A DNA stretch of 64,000 bases, taken from the NCBI RefSeq assembly GCF_000143415.4, contig NW_003314262.1, forward strand, positions 5,163,876-5,227,875. Reading direction: 5' to 3'. This DNA comes from Selaginella moellendorffii (Eukaryota > Plantae > Lycopodiophyta). The notes beneath the pieces are model-generated. The model worked only from the letters and a program-made list of their open reading frames with translations, ran no database searches and was not told the origin of the DNA. Positions 22,048 to 37,214 of this stretch are shown here, piece after piece. The position numbers were made by a program, and so were the translations under genes. The first letter of the stretch is position 1. Each line of letters opens with the position of its first letter.

Positions 22048-24566
22048 ATCTAGGATTGTACTAACAGGAAACTTGGTTTAAATCGATGTAGTTTGTGTTT
22101 CCAAGTGAAACTCTGCTTGATTTGCTACGCATTTTAGGATATTCTACCATCTAATGGTTCTTATTCATTTAGATTAATCTTGTATTTATAATTTATAAAC
22201 AACATTTTCTAGTATATTCAATTTTATTTTACCATTATGCAATAAGATTAATCTTGTGTTTATAAATTACAAACATGCTTATAATTATAAACTGTTATTC
22301 ATAAATAGTGCCATCCCAATAAAACTAAAATTATAAATTATTTTATATATTTTAGAATTGTTATTTTGTAAAATATGAATGAATTCTTTTATTGCATATA
22401 ATTTCTATCTACTTTTAAATATTAAATGATAGGTAGTAAGTATTTCTGAATATATAAATATTCTCTTGCAAATAAGAAAAATAAAAAGAAATTATTAATA
22501 TAAATTTGGGGTTGAAAATGTGAATATAAAAAGCTTAATAGTGCTTATTAGCCTTAGTTCCCTCTTTGCCAAAAAAACGAAATAATGGTGGGAGGGATGA
22601 CTAATCAACTTTAGTAACCAATCAGCTTATCAACATTAATCCATATCCTTCTTGGAATATTTCTAAATGATTCCTTTACTATTATGTTGCATTAATCTGC
22701 ATACTTTTAAGCATTATAGTTGCATTTGAAAGTTCTTAAGCAAATACACTTTCTTTTCAATGACCTTCATTTTGGTGTTCTCACTCAATCCCAACTTTTT
22801 TAGCTGTTTTTTTTTTCTCCTCTCAGCCACTGCTCTTAAGCTTTCTCTTTTGATGCAATTGCTACAATATGTACTAGAGACCATAAAATAAAACACTTGC
22901 TGTTCAGCTGGTTTCAATTGGTTTGTAGTAGTATGGAATATATTGTTGATCAGTAAATTCAATTCCAATCAGTTTCAAATCTAATAATAGTTCAAGAGGT
23001 TGTATCACATCGAGAGCTGGCAAATTCTAAAACCATAAAAGCTGATGTGCTAAACAAGAACAGCTAAATTACCAAGAAAAAGGAAGATATAAAAATAGTT
23101 GAGAGGTTGATTGTGAATGGCACAAGATAGAAAAATTTCATTTCTAGTCATGAAACAGATAATTACTTAGATAGTGAGAAGACAATACACATAGACATAG
23201 GCTTAACTCCAATTCTCTCTTGAATGTAGATTTTCTCAACCTAGACTCTCTAAAGTGGAATGCAAGGTCAAGTGGTGTAAACCTGGATAACAAAAAGATC
23301 ATTATAGGAGACTGCCAGTGGGACAAAGCTTGGGTCACTGCTAGGATGGTATGTTCCATTTCATTCAATGCCATATTCCTTGTCTTTTCATAAATTGATT
23401 GATATCTATGGAAATTCTTAACTATGATTCTAGTTAGAAACATTATACAAAGTGAATAGCAACTCATAAGTCAGCAGTTTTTAGTCTCAGATCGATAAAT
23501 AATTTGGGTTGATTTTAGAATGATTGAATGTAGTTTTTCCATGTTTTCCCTCCACCATTTCTGAATGGATTTAAGTATTTATTCTGAAATACAAAATACA
23601 GGTGATTAAAAAATCTGAACTTCAAAAGCTATATCTGTATGTCATAAAAGATAGACTCATTATTAGTTACCTTCACATTGCTGGTAAATAGTTTTATTTA
23701 GATAAATACTATATCATTTTTGTGGTCTATATTCTCTAGTTTTAGTAATTCACAAGTTAATAGAAATAAAAGAGTGTTAGTAGTATAAATAATATGGTTT
23801 TAAAAGTTAATGCTAAAGTGTAATTTATATAGTAATTTAAAATACATTTTTATTATTTAGTTTAAAACTTTAAAAACACTTAGCTTCTATTAATGACTAA
23901 AATTGTAGAATATATTTAATTACTATTATCAAAATAACAAAAATAAAATTGTGAGTTCATAGAATATGGAAAGGGAATACAAAATATGCATATTAATTAT
24001 CCTAAAAACCTTAGCTTATATATAGGAGAGAGTTTATACATTCCATAAATATGCCCAAATAGACACTTTCCATAAATAACTAATGGGACCAGAATTGAAC
24101 CAACACAAAAGGCATGATAGCGAGAGTGTCTTGGTGGACATAGTAAGTTATCACTTAGCTAGTATTGAAGAACTAAACTCAATATCGTAGGGGTTATTAA
24201 CACTAGCAAGTGCAAGTTAACATATGAGTTTTTTTATTCCAAGCCAAGTATACTTAACAAGAAACACATTGAAGTTCCTACTTTATATTTATCTGGCATA
24301 AGTATGTATATGATGATTAGTTTCTCAACTAGCTTGAGTGAAAACTAATAAAGGGTTTACCAATACCAACCTCTTGCCATTATAGCAGAAAGGAAAGAAT
24401 ATTTGAAAGGACTTGTAAATAAATAATTTTTGATACCCTTATTAAAATTATAATTGGTAAATTATAATAAATTATAGTTAGTATTATTTATCAAATGATT
24501 AGTTTATAAATATAAAAGAAACCCTAAGTGAAACAATATTTTCAAACCTAAATAAAGGATAATCTT

Positions 24567-25433
24567 CTATAAATTTGTAGACCATTTTTCATTTCTATAA
24601 TAGTCTCGAATAACAACAATTCCATTTATTTGTACTGTTAAACTCCATGATACAATACAAAACGGTTGTGATATGCAATATATATTTGTAGCCCAAATAA
24701 CAGTATTAATTTCATTTTTAATAATAAAATTTCCATCACTTTGAAGTATTGCTTTACAATTTTCTCCTTTGTTTTGTGTTTTAGAATCCCATATTGCATG
24801 TTTTGCTTTATATAAGACAAGATTACAATCATATTGCATAATAAAAATATATTCTCGATTCTGAAGTACATGGTCATTAAATATTGTTGTTCTAATTCCC
24901 TCAGGTCCACTTGTTAAAGTTGAAATATACATATTACAATCATGAATATTATTAATTATTTTCAAATTAAAATTAGGCAATATGTTATCTAGCTTTCTAT
25001 TATTATTTCGATGTAAAATGTATTCAATAACAAACTCGTGATGAGTAAGAGTCGCAGTACCCCATTTTTCAATTAGAGCATAATTTTTAAAAACATAAAA
25101 TATATCCCAAAAGAATTGTTTTATTTTTGAACCATCGGCAAGAACAGTATCATAATTTGTTGGATCTAATCCACAGTTTATGGGATCTAATAAACGAATT
25201 AAAACTTCAATTATAAAACCATCACTTTGAATATAAAATATTCTTCTATCTACATTATTGGCATAAAAATATCTCCATGATGCATGTATTGATTTTACAA
25301 GACTTTCCATAACATTAATTACCTCCTGAATACCATTATTACTTAATAAACCTCTATATAAAGTATTTGAAAATTCCATTGATTTGCAAGATATAATAAT
25401 AAGTATAATCAAAAAAAGTTTTATTGAAGGCAT
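24567..25433 (-). CDS. Secreted bulb-type (GNA-like) mannose-binding lectin with unknown N-terminal domain
   Basis: 288-aa intronless ORF; signal peptide; QYDCNLVLY, QSDGNFII and QINGIVVI repeats (QxDxNxVxY). Confidence 0.8.
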   Translation of the reverse strand: MPSIKLFLIILIIISCKSMEFSNTLYRGLLSNNGIQEVINVMESLVKSIHASWRYFYANNVDRRIFYIQSDGFIIEVLIRLLDPINCGLDPTNYDTVLADGSKIKQFFWDIFYVFKNYALIEKWGTATLTHHEFVIEYILHRNNNRKLDNILPNFNLKIINNIHDCNMYISTLTSGPEGIRTTIFNDHVLQNREYIFIMQYDCNLVLYKAKHAIWDSKTQNKGENCKAILQSDGNFIIKNEINTVIWATNIYCISQPFCIVSWSLTVQINGIVVIRDYYRNEKWSTNL

Positions 25434-26527
25434 GGTTTTTTATTTATTATTATTTATTTATATAGTATATAGAGCATAGAGATGATAAAATTTTAGTAAT
25501 ATTTTAAATTAATAATCCAATGTGTAACACTTTAAATAAAATTTTATAATTCTAACGATAATACCAAAATATGCTTCATGTGAACACCTTGTCTCTTCAA
25601 GACCACTCATATGCACCATTATATTCTTAGTTAATAATAACGTGAAATAACCTTTAGGTGTGTATTAGATATTCCTTGAATTTACAAGTATATTCTAAGT
25701 ATTCTTGTTCTTTTATTTAATTATTTAATTTTAATATTAATTATTTAAGAATGCAGGAAAATCACATTTGACAATCGAGTGAGCAGAAGTTTTGATAATT
25801 TGCTTTAGACTCTGCCTGCTGTTCTAGATGGCAAACCAGCTCCACACTTCTAGTGGAAGATGCTCAAGAAAACAAAAATAACAAGCTGCTACAAGAGAAA
25901 GAAGTTTAAAAGGAGGAGAAAGCTATAAAGGAAGCTAAGAAGCAAAGCTGGAGGAAAAAGCAGTAAAAAAGAAAATATGATCCTTTTTTATACTTTGTGG
26001 AATTTCATTAGGCTGATTGATTAGAGAAGGCAAAAGTAAAGAAATGGCAGTGCAACTTGAGAATTTTGGCATAAAGCTCCACATTTTCACTGTTGGTAGG
26101 GGAATATTATTTTGTCCTCTTCTCCAAGAACAAAAGCATGTTTGTGCTGCTCATGTGTTGAATCAAATGCCCATGCGATATATCTAAGGAAACTAATGAT
26201 ATCAGAAAATAAATATGATTATTTGAATAAGTTAAAGTTAATTTGTTTTTATTTTCTCTATATTATTACTTTTTTCTAGCTTTCCAAAGCAAATAACCAA
26301 GTGTTACTAGCTACATAGCATAACAACATATTAGTTAATATTACAACTTCAAGGATTAGAACTGGATGTTATTAACTTCACTGCCATTCTTGCTGAGTGC
26401 TGGACTACTCCACAGTGGTATTTGTCAATAATGGAAAAAAAAATGTCAGTATTAAATTTTATAGATTGAATTTGACTCAATACTATTCTCTTTGATAGTC
26501 ATACATTTATACTATTATCATATTTTT

Positions 26528-29500
26528 TGTTATGAGTGCATGGAATATAGAAATGGAATATAGAAATATGCATATCAATTAACTTAAAAACCCTAAATTA
26601 TATATAGGAGTAAGTGGTCTAGATTGAAATCAATCCGATGACTACCAAAATCCCACTATGTTAATATTAATATACGGCATCATAGTCATATATTTAGACC
26701 TCACATCATCCCCTTCTTTCAGAATGATAGAAGATCATTATGGTTCTCTTATGGATGGGCCAGGATCTAGAAAAATGGATTTGTAGGTGATCCCAATTAT
26801 TCTTAATCCCTTTATATGAAGTGTTTCAGCTATTGCACATGCACTATTTCATGTTTTGACATCTTGATTGGGGATATGCCACACTTTCATGAGTGTTTTT
26901 CATTCATAGTTAAATGATTTAGTGGAATGGCTCATTCGAACTTTCAAAAGGATGATTGCAAAGTATGTGAACTTTCAATATTCGGATTATAATGGTTATT
27001 TGCTGTCTTTTTAGTAGTATATATCATAAAGGTGTAGAGTTTTATTAGTGCTTCACTATGTAAATTCCTATATAGTCATTATCCAATACTATTAATGGAA
27101 TTAAGCTGACCTTAACAATTGCCACAAGCTATTAATGCTAGGTTGTTGGATTAGTATTTGACGAACATTTGTCCACTTGTCAGAGTAGGTTCTACCAAAC
27201 ACTTAGGCTACATATAAATGGGATAACAATGGCACTACAACTTTCATTATCATCCATCTGTAGAGTACAAAGTGGATGGTTTGGTATTAATCCATTTTCC
27301 CAATATTACGGTACGTGATTTATCTAAGGGGCTTTTTACTTAGTAGAAGGTGTTGCAGCAAGTTAAACTAGAAGTTATGAAATTTGCATGACATCTAGTA
27401 GGTTGATCCTCCAAAAGCCATAAATGTAGGACTATTATCTGAAAGAATCTACTCCAAACATAAATGCTAAAACACCACTTGATTGAGGAGAAAGTATCCA
27501 AGCACCACCAGCTATAAATGATCATCAGAATTCATCCTCACAAAATAAAGAAAACCATCCTCAAGGTAATATTGAGAATGTAAATGCCAAAATAACAAGT
27601 TATTAGCAAGTGATATAGGATTCTTAAACTCATTGCAAAACTTTCGAATTTATGGCTCAATTTTTTTAGCTTTACGAACCTCATTAAAAGAAGGTAAATC
27701 TTGCTCTACATATTGTAGACACTAAACATCAAGTATAACAACTTCTAATGGCATGGAATCTTTGTTTAAAAAATTTATAAATGTTGGAATAATAGACCAT
27801 TAGAAATATGAGAAGAGAACAAACAAGGAAGGGGAGCTTAAGAAAGAGCATTAATATTAGCCATAAAACTCCCTGAGCAATAGATAATATCAAGATCATA
27901 TATTTGAAGCTTCAAAACCCATTAAGCAGTATGACTAACCAAGATCTTCCACTTCAATAATGAAATAACTACAATATGATCACCTTTTAGTAATGTCTAA
28001 AAACCATGTAGATATGTATAAAGTTTCTCGAAACCCCAAATTATTGCTAAACACTCCTTCTTTATCATGGAGTAATTCACCTCCACTAGTTGTAATATAT
28101 AATTAATATATAAAATAAGATGGCACTAACCAAGTACACTCGAGCTCTCTTGCATCAACACACCTTCAAGACTAATATTATAAGCATCTATATGCAAAAT
28201 AAAAGGTTGAGTGTAATCAAACTAGAAGAGTTGTCAATAACTCTTTGAGATTTGTAAATTCTCACTCACAGTTCACAGACCAAATGAAAGATGACGTTGA
28301 TGATTTCAAGAATGCTTACAATGGTGTAATGCGATCAGAAAGATGATCAATAAAACAACCAAGATACTGCACTTTTCCTAAGAAGCCTTACACATCATTC
28401 ACATACTTTGGAGTAAGGAACTTTAGAATAGCTACAAATTTATTAAAATCAACTTGCAAGCCCTCTTGAAAAATATGGTACCCAAAATAAGTTATGTCCT
28501 TGGACCTAAACACTCACTTTGACTGCTTCAATTTTAATCCAACTTTTTATAGTTGATCTAACACATTACAAATATCATGAATGTGTTCCGGCCATTGGCA
28601 CTTGCTAATACCCAGAAGCAAGATCTAATTTAGTGAACCAACGACTTCTCTCTAGATGATTTAAGAGATCAGCAGTGTGAGGAAGGAGGTATACATCCGG
28701 GATCATCATTTTGTTTAACAAGCAATAGTCAATACAAAAATAAATACTTCTATCATGCTTTATCATAAGATGAAGTTTATATGCCCAAGGACTCCTCGAC
28801 TTTCAAATAACACCCTTTTCTAATATCTTTTTGACGTTTACATATAAAATCTTGATCTCTTTTGGTGACCAACAATGAACAAAAACCTTGATTGGACGAG
28901 CATCCCCAATTGGAATAGGATGACATGTTGCAATCTTGTCCCTAGATGATAGATCAAATTCAAAGAGATCAACATACTTGAGCTGGTCAACCACTACAAC
29001 ATAAAGATTATCAAAGGTATCAAAAAAGGGAATAAAGGAACAGAATGGAAGTATAGGAAGTAATGAGGAGATAAAAGTGATGGAAGTAAAGGTAAAAGTA
29101 AAAGAATAAAAACAAACAAAAGTGAGAGGAATGAAAGAAATATAAAAAAGTATGAGGCAAGGGGGAGAAGCTTTAGTATCACACTTGGCATAATTGCCTT
29201 ATAACTAATCCATATTAAAGATAATGTCAAAAGCTTAACTTAGCACCACCCGTAATGACTTGAGATTGCCCATATGAACAACTAGGTTTATCTCATCTCG
29301 TGCACATATGTATGTATATATATCCTTTGCACATTCCATATAGAATAAAAACTGGCTCTGCCACATAATGTAAATGTAGATGGCAACATGTGGTAATAGG
29401 CCAACCAATAAAAAATAAACTCGAGCCTATATAAACCAGTATGGAGAGAATAATAGAAGACCTTTTGATATAAAAATGAGCTTCAAAAGTAAACACTAGA

Positions 29501-31298
29501 TGAATTGGTGCCGAGTGAACCCCTTTATGATACTCCTGAAAGAAAGTATAAGCGATTAAATTTTCCATTCTACTTTAGTCATTTAACCATACCTTCAACC
29601 ATTTGGAGGAGTCTTACTCATAACCTCCATAAGTTATATTCTGGATTTAAGGTTTACTAGCCCCAAGAATGGCATTCATGCCACTTAACCTTTGCACTTG
29701 GTCCAAGTGCTCCACGTGTTTGATCCCATGATCGACACCTAAAGGTACCACCGACATATTAACTTGCTACGCTAAAGCCATACTCATTCACCGTTGTCAC
29801 ACAGTAATCCAACACCACTTACATCATAGTCTTGTCTCTCAAATATTAGGCCATTCGTCTATGAGTGATCATCCTAAATCCACTCCTTAGCATCTTTAGG
29901 ATGCTTGTAGACATGGGGAATAACCTTCCCCAATATCCTTTTTCAATCCCCACTAAGTCTCTTTTTGTCCATAGTCATGTTCACAAACACTACCATTAGG
30001 TCAAACTCCATAGGCTCGACCACTAAGTCCCATTGTCCTTTAGGACTTCCTCACCATGTGGTTATATCCTTGATCAATATACTAGAGGACTTTTTCTCTT
30101 TCTTTCCACAGTTCAGGACTTTGTCGATAAATGTGACCAACTTCATTATACACTCAACAGCGAACATCACGGCCATGACTATGTCCTTACCCTTGTCCTT
30201 GAACTTAGGCAGCAACAGCATCAACCTCTATTGGAACAAAACCATCTTCTACAAGAAGTATAGTTGAAGGATGTGCAATGAGAAGTGGAAGATATAATAT
30301 TTCATAATGTTGTATTAAGCAAAGAGCATCGTTAAGGGTGGGTAAAACAAATGCATACATAAGTACTACAAAATCTTGACGAAATGCTGGCCACAACATT
30401 CCCAACTTGATTTTCTCGGACATATTAGGCTTTATATGAAGCAAGAGGCTTTGGAAACGAATACCAAATTGCATTATGAAAGCAGATGGCTTTTGACGAA
30501 GACGATGCAATTATTGAAAGGCATCATCACAATCATCAGCATGTTTAAATGTGTGTTTAAAGATATCCAAGAGAATGCTTCAATCCTCATGAGTGGTTGT
30601 GCTCAAACTATTGTACCATTGTAGTGTTGTCCCTTAGAGACATGTGGGATATTCATGCAAATGCCGAACATCATCCCAAGAATGATATGTGGCAATCACT
30701 GTGAAGTGATTGAACCAATAATACACAACATCCCCAAAATTCATACGGAAAAACTTTAGCTAGACTCAAGGATTGAGAGCAAGAGTAGAAAAAGCTATAC
30801 TAATCACCATGAATGCCACCATCAATTGAGTTTAATTGTTCAATTGTAACCACATAGCATTGAGCAATTGCACAAATTGCTACTCCAAAGTCAGAGGAGG
30901 AGGAGGATGTTACTTTGCCATGAAAATGAATGAAAAGGAAAAAAATAAAATGGAAGAAATTGAAAAAGTTACAAGGAAAGGGAGATTTAGACAATGTAAA
31001 AGCTAAATAAAAAAAGCTAGAAGAAAAGGGAGATTTAAACAATGCAAAAGCTAGATGTAAAATAGAATCTCAAATCTAAGCACTCTTTAGAGACAATTAA
31101 AACTGCCCCTATCTCCACTAATATGAATGTATAGAATATGGAAATAGAATATAAAAATGTGCATATCAATTAGCCCAAAAACTCTAGTTTATATATACGA
31201 GCAAGTGGTCTCAATTGAAACCAATCTAACAACTACCAAAATCCTACCATAGGTTAATATTAGTATATGGCATTATAGCCGTACACTTAAACCTCACA
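26528..31298 (-). mobile_element. Old degenerate Ty3/gypsy element
   Basis: Diverged ~178-bp LTRs at 26528-26705 and ~31119-31298; PPT-like complement at 26706-26720; RT/RH/INT relics (IKVFVHCWSPKE, FLGK..YLGCFI) riddled with stops. Confidence 0.7.
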
Positions 31299-31949
31299 TT
31301 TTATAATAATCTTATGAATAAAATTATAACAAAAATAATAATAAAATATTTAAAGTTTATAAACACAAAAACAATAAATCAATATCCGGTTTATAAAAAT
31401 ATCTAGAAGATAAAAGAAGTGTTGGATAAAACAAAAGCAAGAGCCTGAAAGACATCATGGCAAAAGAGATATCTCACACCCCAAAGTTGGGAGGCAGGTA
31501 CGCAGCCTCTAGGATCCTAATTAACTCCTCCATTATCAACTACAAAAAGAGTTTCAACTTCAAGTAAATTGCAATATACATTTGGAAGATTTGGTCCAAA
31601 GGCCCACACTCTGTTTGGGAGTTCTTCAAGAGAAACGTCCACATTAAGCTGCAGGATAGTGGAGGTGATTTCAAGTGATACTGAAAAGGCCACCCTTGAT
31701 TTTTGGGTTGAAGGCTTTGTTCATGGCTAGAAGGACAAGAAAAATATAACCTAGAAGCACACACTACCTTGGAAGATAAGTATATACATCTATAGCTAGA
31801 GGAATTGCAAGAACTTCATTCTGAAAGTTGAAATATAATGAGCTGGACATACTCCTCCACCTCTTATTCAAACCCGATATTCCATGAAAATCCTAATCCA
31901 AAAATAAACAGTATTTGTGAAGTTCAGGTCCATGCACTCACGTATCTTA

Positions 31950-34281
31950 TTAAATGTTCAAACGAATGTCCTTGCCACCTTGGAGCTTCCTCATGTTCCA
32001 ATAGAGCCCCTCCTTGACGCCCTCAAGGAAAGCATTGGTAGACTCGAGCGTGCACGCAGTGGGGACCGGCCACGACGAGAGGTGGCACACGAGCGCGTCA
32101 CCACAGCCGAGCTGGAGCCTCTCTCGCCCATCAAACGAAACCCAGGCATCGCCGCGGCTCTTCTCGGGCACCTGGACTCGTAGCGTTACGTGCTCGGGGA
32201 GGATAAGCGGCCGAAACGAGAGGGAATGCGGGCAAATTGGAGTGAAAAGCATTGCCGCAACCTGGAGAACAAACGCAAAGAATCAAAAGGAAAACCTACC
32301 ATGAATCAAAACTTTCAAGTTACCTGTGGATGCACCATCGATCCTCCTGCTGATAACGAGTAGGCTGTGCTTCCCGATGGCGTGGAGAGGATGAGGCCGT
32401 CGCCCTGTACGTTTGTGACGAAGATGTTGTCGCAGTAGCACTCGAGGTTGGTTAAGAAGGAGGACATCCCCCTGTCGATGGCGACCTCGTTGAGGACGAT
32501 GTAAACTTCCTCTCCGGCTTGTTTCTTCCTGCTCTTGGAGCTGGAGCTGTGGCGAATGATCCGGCAGTGCAAGCGGTGGCGGATGGTGATGTATGCGGGG
32601 CCTTTCATCACCGAGAGGAGGCATTCTCTGTAGCTTTCACTCTCTTTTTTTGTTGGTACCGGAGGATAGAACAGTCAAGGAGCTTCTCGATGAAAACTGG
32701 AACGAAAAAATGGTGTAGGATACGAAACGGAGTCATAAAGCCGAGCGAGCCCATTGCAAACGAGACCACCGGCGGGACCGGGCCTCTAAACAACGACGCA
32801 GCCTGCAAAAGAGATGGAGGTTGGATCATATGTAATGTTTCAGAAAATCATTCGCTACCCAAAGCACGGTGCCATCTCCGCCGAGGGTGACGATGAGGTC
32901 GATTTTGTTGTGAAGAAAGCACAGCTCCTCGTCTACAAAAGTTGCATGAAAAGAAAACGAAGAACACGATTTTTTACCACTGTCCCACGTATGAAGGAAA
33001 GTCATGGACAAGTCGTCTGCAAGCATCTCTCTCCTGACGCGGGGTTCTACGTAGATTGACAAGCTCACGCTGTGCAGCCACCTGATAAAATAGCATACAT
33101 TCAATCAGAGAAGGAACGAGAGAGATGGAAGAGACTCACACTATCATTTCCTTGCAGAGATCGTGAACTCGTTTGCAGTTTGGTTTTGTTAGGATGCAAA
33201 CGCATTGAGGGGGCGAATCCCACACAAGAATTATCTGCAATCACGAGAAAAGAAACATTAAAATCAGATTTTGCACACATTTTGCAATGCAAAAACCTGT
33301 TTGTTTTTGCAAGTCGGAGTGCTGATGTTGCCGCTCTCAAACGTGACAACGTCTTGCTGGTATTGCGTGCTTTTGTTCCCCTCGCTAATCCACTCGAGTC
33401 TGAAAGACACCTGCACCAAAGGATAAGAAAAAAAACTTCCATTTATCATCGCTAGATCGATTTTCCTCTATAGCAACGAATGAATTTACACTCACCTTAC
33501 CATAACTTGGAGGCTCCAGATGCTGGACAACAGTCCGATAGTCGTATGAATAGCTGCTGGCCGGAATGCTCTTGCTCCTCAAGGCTTTCTGGCTGTAGAG
33601 ACCTTTCCTAAGTGAAGGAGCGGCGGCTGCTACAACTTCCACCGGCTGGAGTACTCCCACTCCCGGTTGGATCACCGCAGGAATCACTGCTCCTCCCGGC
33701 TGGACGAGTTGGTGCGACTCGGGACGGTAAGTTACGATCCTCTCTTGTCTTACAACTTGGCCTCCCACGGATTCTGGGAAAGATCATACATGCATGCCAG
33801 AGGATGAAACGAATGAACCTTGTGCAAGACAATACCTTGGACAACCCTTTCGGTGCGATGGATTTGCAAGTTTTGGAGATCCTCGTACTTCTTCTTCCAT
33901 TTCTCGGCTTCTTCCTCGGCATGGACTTTGCTGTCGATAACTTGCTGCAGTGCTCGTGCAGCAGCTGGAAAAAGGAAAGAAGAAAACAAAAAAAAGTTCT
34001 AAGAAAGTGAGATCTACAGAGACTCACTTTGGAGGACCTCAGAAACCTTGACGAGCTGAGCGTTGGTATCGTGAATGGCTGCGCTAGTCTCAGCGGACCG
34101 CTCTACCTCTTGCTCGGTGGTCACAAATGTGGGCGCAATTTGTTCCTCCACGCGCCCCACCGAGCCTGGGACGCCGCCACCCTCTGGCACAAACTTCAGC
34201 GAAGAAAAATATCAGCACACAAACGATCCAACAAAACCCCATCGCCTCACCTGCGGCCACAAAATGCGTTGCCGTCTCCAT
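31950..34281 (-). CDS. NADK1: NAD kinase (NADK1-type), multi-exon
   Basis: [78 protein letters not shown]; short GT-AG introns. Confidence 0.93.
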
Positions 34282-35136
34282 TCAAACTGTTTTAGGGCTT
34301 ATGTGGAAATATAAATTGGTTTGTTGGTAAAGTTTAATATTAATAATTTTGTTTATCAGTAATATAAATTGTGTTTACTATCCATGAGTAAATTTTGAAG
34401 AGGATTACCCCATGAATCGATTTTATTAAGACTTCATTCTCACCAAGAGTTGAGACATATATGCTTTAGGTGGCTTTAAGGTTTTATCTTTCTCTTGGTT
34501 CAATCAGATATGATAGGAAGATCTCTAAGCTTTGGCCACTAATTTTTAATTCCTTTTTTATGATGTTTATAACACAGTCCTTGGAGAGCACTCTCCATAT
34601 ATACAACTCTTGGCATACAAAATTAGAGCAATCTTAATAGGAATTTAATAATATTTCTAGCCACTAGAGTCTAACCTAGAGCTTTTGCGAGAAACGCATT
34701 TGCATTACATATAGAACTACATGGTCCTTTACATAATGAATGTGGTTACCTTAAACTTTATGATCATAATGTATGTGAGATATTTTCATGCAAGATCATT
34801 ATGTTCCATAACACAATGCTTATCATTTAGTTTGTCAAAAGTTTTTTTGCATCAACAGTGCTCCAACACTTTCAATCTAAACCAACATAGTTCAACTTGA
34901 GAACTAGGATCTTACTAGATTAATTTATTAAAGAATATTCTATATAATGTTTCTAAAATTATATTTTTTAAAAAATATTTATCTAATCAATTATTAAGTT
35001 AAAATACAAAATTATATTTTTAAATAAATTATATTAGGTTTTATATATCTTCATTAGTAAAGTCCTATTAGAAAATGAATATAATTAAAAAATCTTTAAT
35101 CTATAACAATACTAGTATATCAAGTATATCTTATAT

Positions 35137-37214
35137 TGTTGGGTTTGTAAAAATATATATGTATATACATGTATTACCCTAGCTAGGTAACACATAAATT
35201 ATAGTACTATAGCACATCTATGTGGGATTGATAAGTAGGGTTTAAACTCTAATTAATATACCTATTTTTATATTCTAGGCACTCACATTAGTAGAGGTGA
35301 GGTGTATTGCAATTTTTCCTTAAAGGGCAAAGTTTTTTAGCAATGCTTTGCTCTAGTGTTCAGGATTGTGCTTTTTTTTTCTTATTTCTTATTTCTTAAT
35401 TCTCTTTTAAATTTAGATTTGTATTGGCTTTTTGTAAGATCTAGAATTTTAATTATTATTGTGCTTAGATATACTCTTTCTTTTTATCTTCATTGCATTC
35501 TCTTCTTTTACCATGCCATGCCATCATTGATCATAGAGTATATCACTTGAAGCTGTTAATGTTACTCCATTGGATTGAGTTTTTAATGTTGTGGGGTGTG
35601 ATTATATTGGTGTTGCACCCATCCTTAGTTTGTTGTTATTTTCAACTTTCATGGGATATATATTACACAGTTGTAAGCAATTAAAGAGAATGAGTTAAAA
35701 GAAAATTCGAAAAAGCTAATGAATAATAATGCACCTCCTTTTTTAATCGGTTAAGAGTTTTAAGATATTTGGGGTTAAATGTTTTTAGGTTTGAGTAGTA
35801 TTGAGCTGGATGACTTCTTGAAAAATCTAAATTTAAGAACTTACAATAGTTAATCCTATTCTCGGTGTTATACCATCTCCTATTAATATAGAGCATAATC
35901 ATGACATCAATTATCAAGTTTAAAGGAAGATAATATTTGTAAATTCAAATGGATTTTGGATTATGATGAGGAACTTGATTATTATGGAGATAGCTTTGAA
36001 GATGAATTGGAGATTCCACAAAGTAGGTGTAAATCTTTTAATTTGCCATTTAATCTTTTCTTCTTACTTTCTATTCTTTCCCAATCTTTTTTTGTTCCTA
36101 GTGTTTCTTCTTCATTTGCAATATTTCCTTCTCTTAACACATTGATCATTTTTTTAATTCATAATTTAGTGTTGAGTTAAGTGTTTTCTATCTTTTTCAT
36201 ATTAATCTAAATGTTTATGTGAAGTTAAGAATCTTGCCTTTGTTTCTTTTGCAGAGTCTTTGATCAATTGTAATATTGAATATTCCCCAATTCCAAGGGT
36301 TAAGTCATTTTAGCCAAAGTTTTAGGTTGAGTGGGTGTCCTTAATTGTGAATATTGTTGAAAGCTTTTATTTTATCATTACTACTAAAGGGTTTATATAT
36401 TCTCTTGAGAGTGTAGATTTTGTGGAGTGAGGTTAAACATAAATGGTGGAATGAAGATAACCATAGTGAGTTTGAATGAAACTAGTGCTTTAGAATTTTT
36501 TTTCCTTAAAAGAAGGGATAAAGAAGATGTGGAAGACATATAAAGTGAGTCTAATTTCCTATATATAGTGTTAAATAAGGATAAAGGTCATGAATTTGAG
36601 ATAACATAGGTTTTTGATATTAATTGAAGGGAAGATGTAGAGGCAAGTTCTACTTATAGCCGTGAGTGCAACTTAATAGTGGTTTTAAAGGATTATTGAT
36701 GGGCAAATTTATACATAAGACATAATTTATTACAATGGCATTTCATGGATTATAGTGGTTCTTAAAGGCCTTTATTTTGGTTCAAAATTATGGTTTCGAG
36801 GTTGGTTTAAATATTTAATAGTTATACACGAAGTTCCAATTAGTTCATCAAGATTCCATAATCAATTAATGTTTATCCCATGGTTTTGGGTTTTATTTTA
36901 GTCATGATTATGAACAACTTTTTTGGTGGTTTTGTGGGAGTTTCAGATTCTTATAGTAGTCTATAATTGCTCAGTAGAAATTTTAAATGTTCCACCTCAC
37001 TTATTGTCATCACCTTTTTATCTTCTAGAGGGGAGGATGGTGTAAAGTTTGTAAGTATATATATGTATATACATGTATTATCTTGGCTAGATAATACATA
37101 AATTATAGTACTATAGCATATGGACTATCTATTTAGGATTGAATTTGGTCCATCCATTCTTGTATATAATTAAGGGTCTAAACCCCAATTGATATACTTA
37201 TTCCTATTATAACA
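35137..37214 (+). mobile_element. Short degenerate non-autonomous LTR element
   Basis: Diverged direct repeats at 35137-35287 and 37041-37214 with TG..CA ends; PPT AGAGGGGAGGATGG before the second repeat; no intact ORF. Confidence 0.6.
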
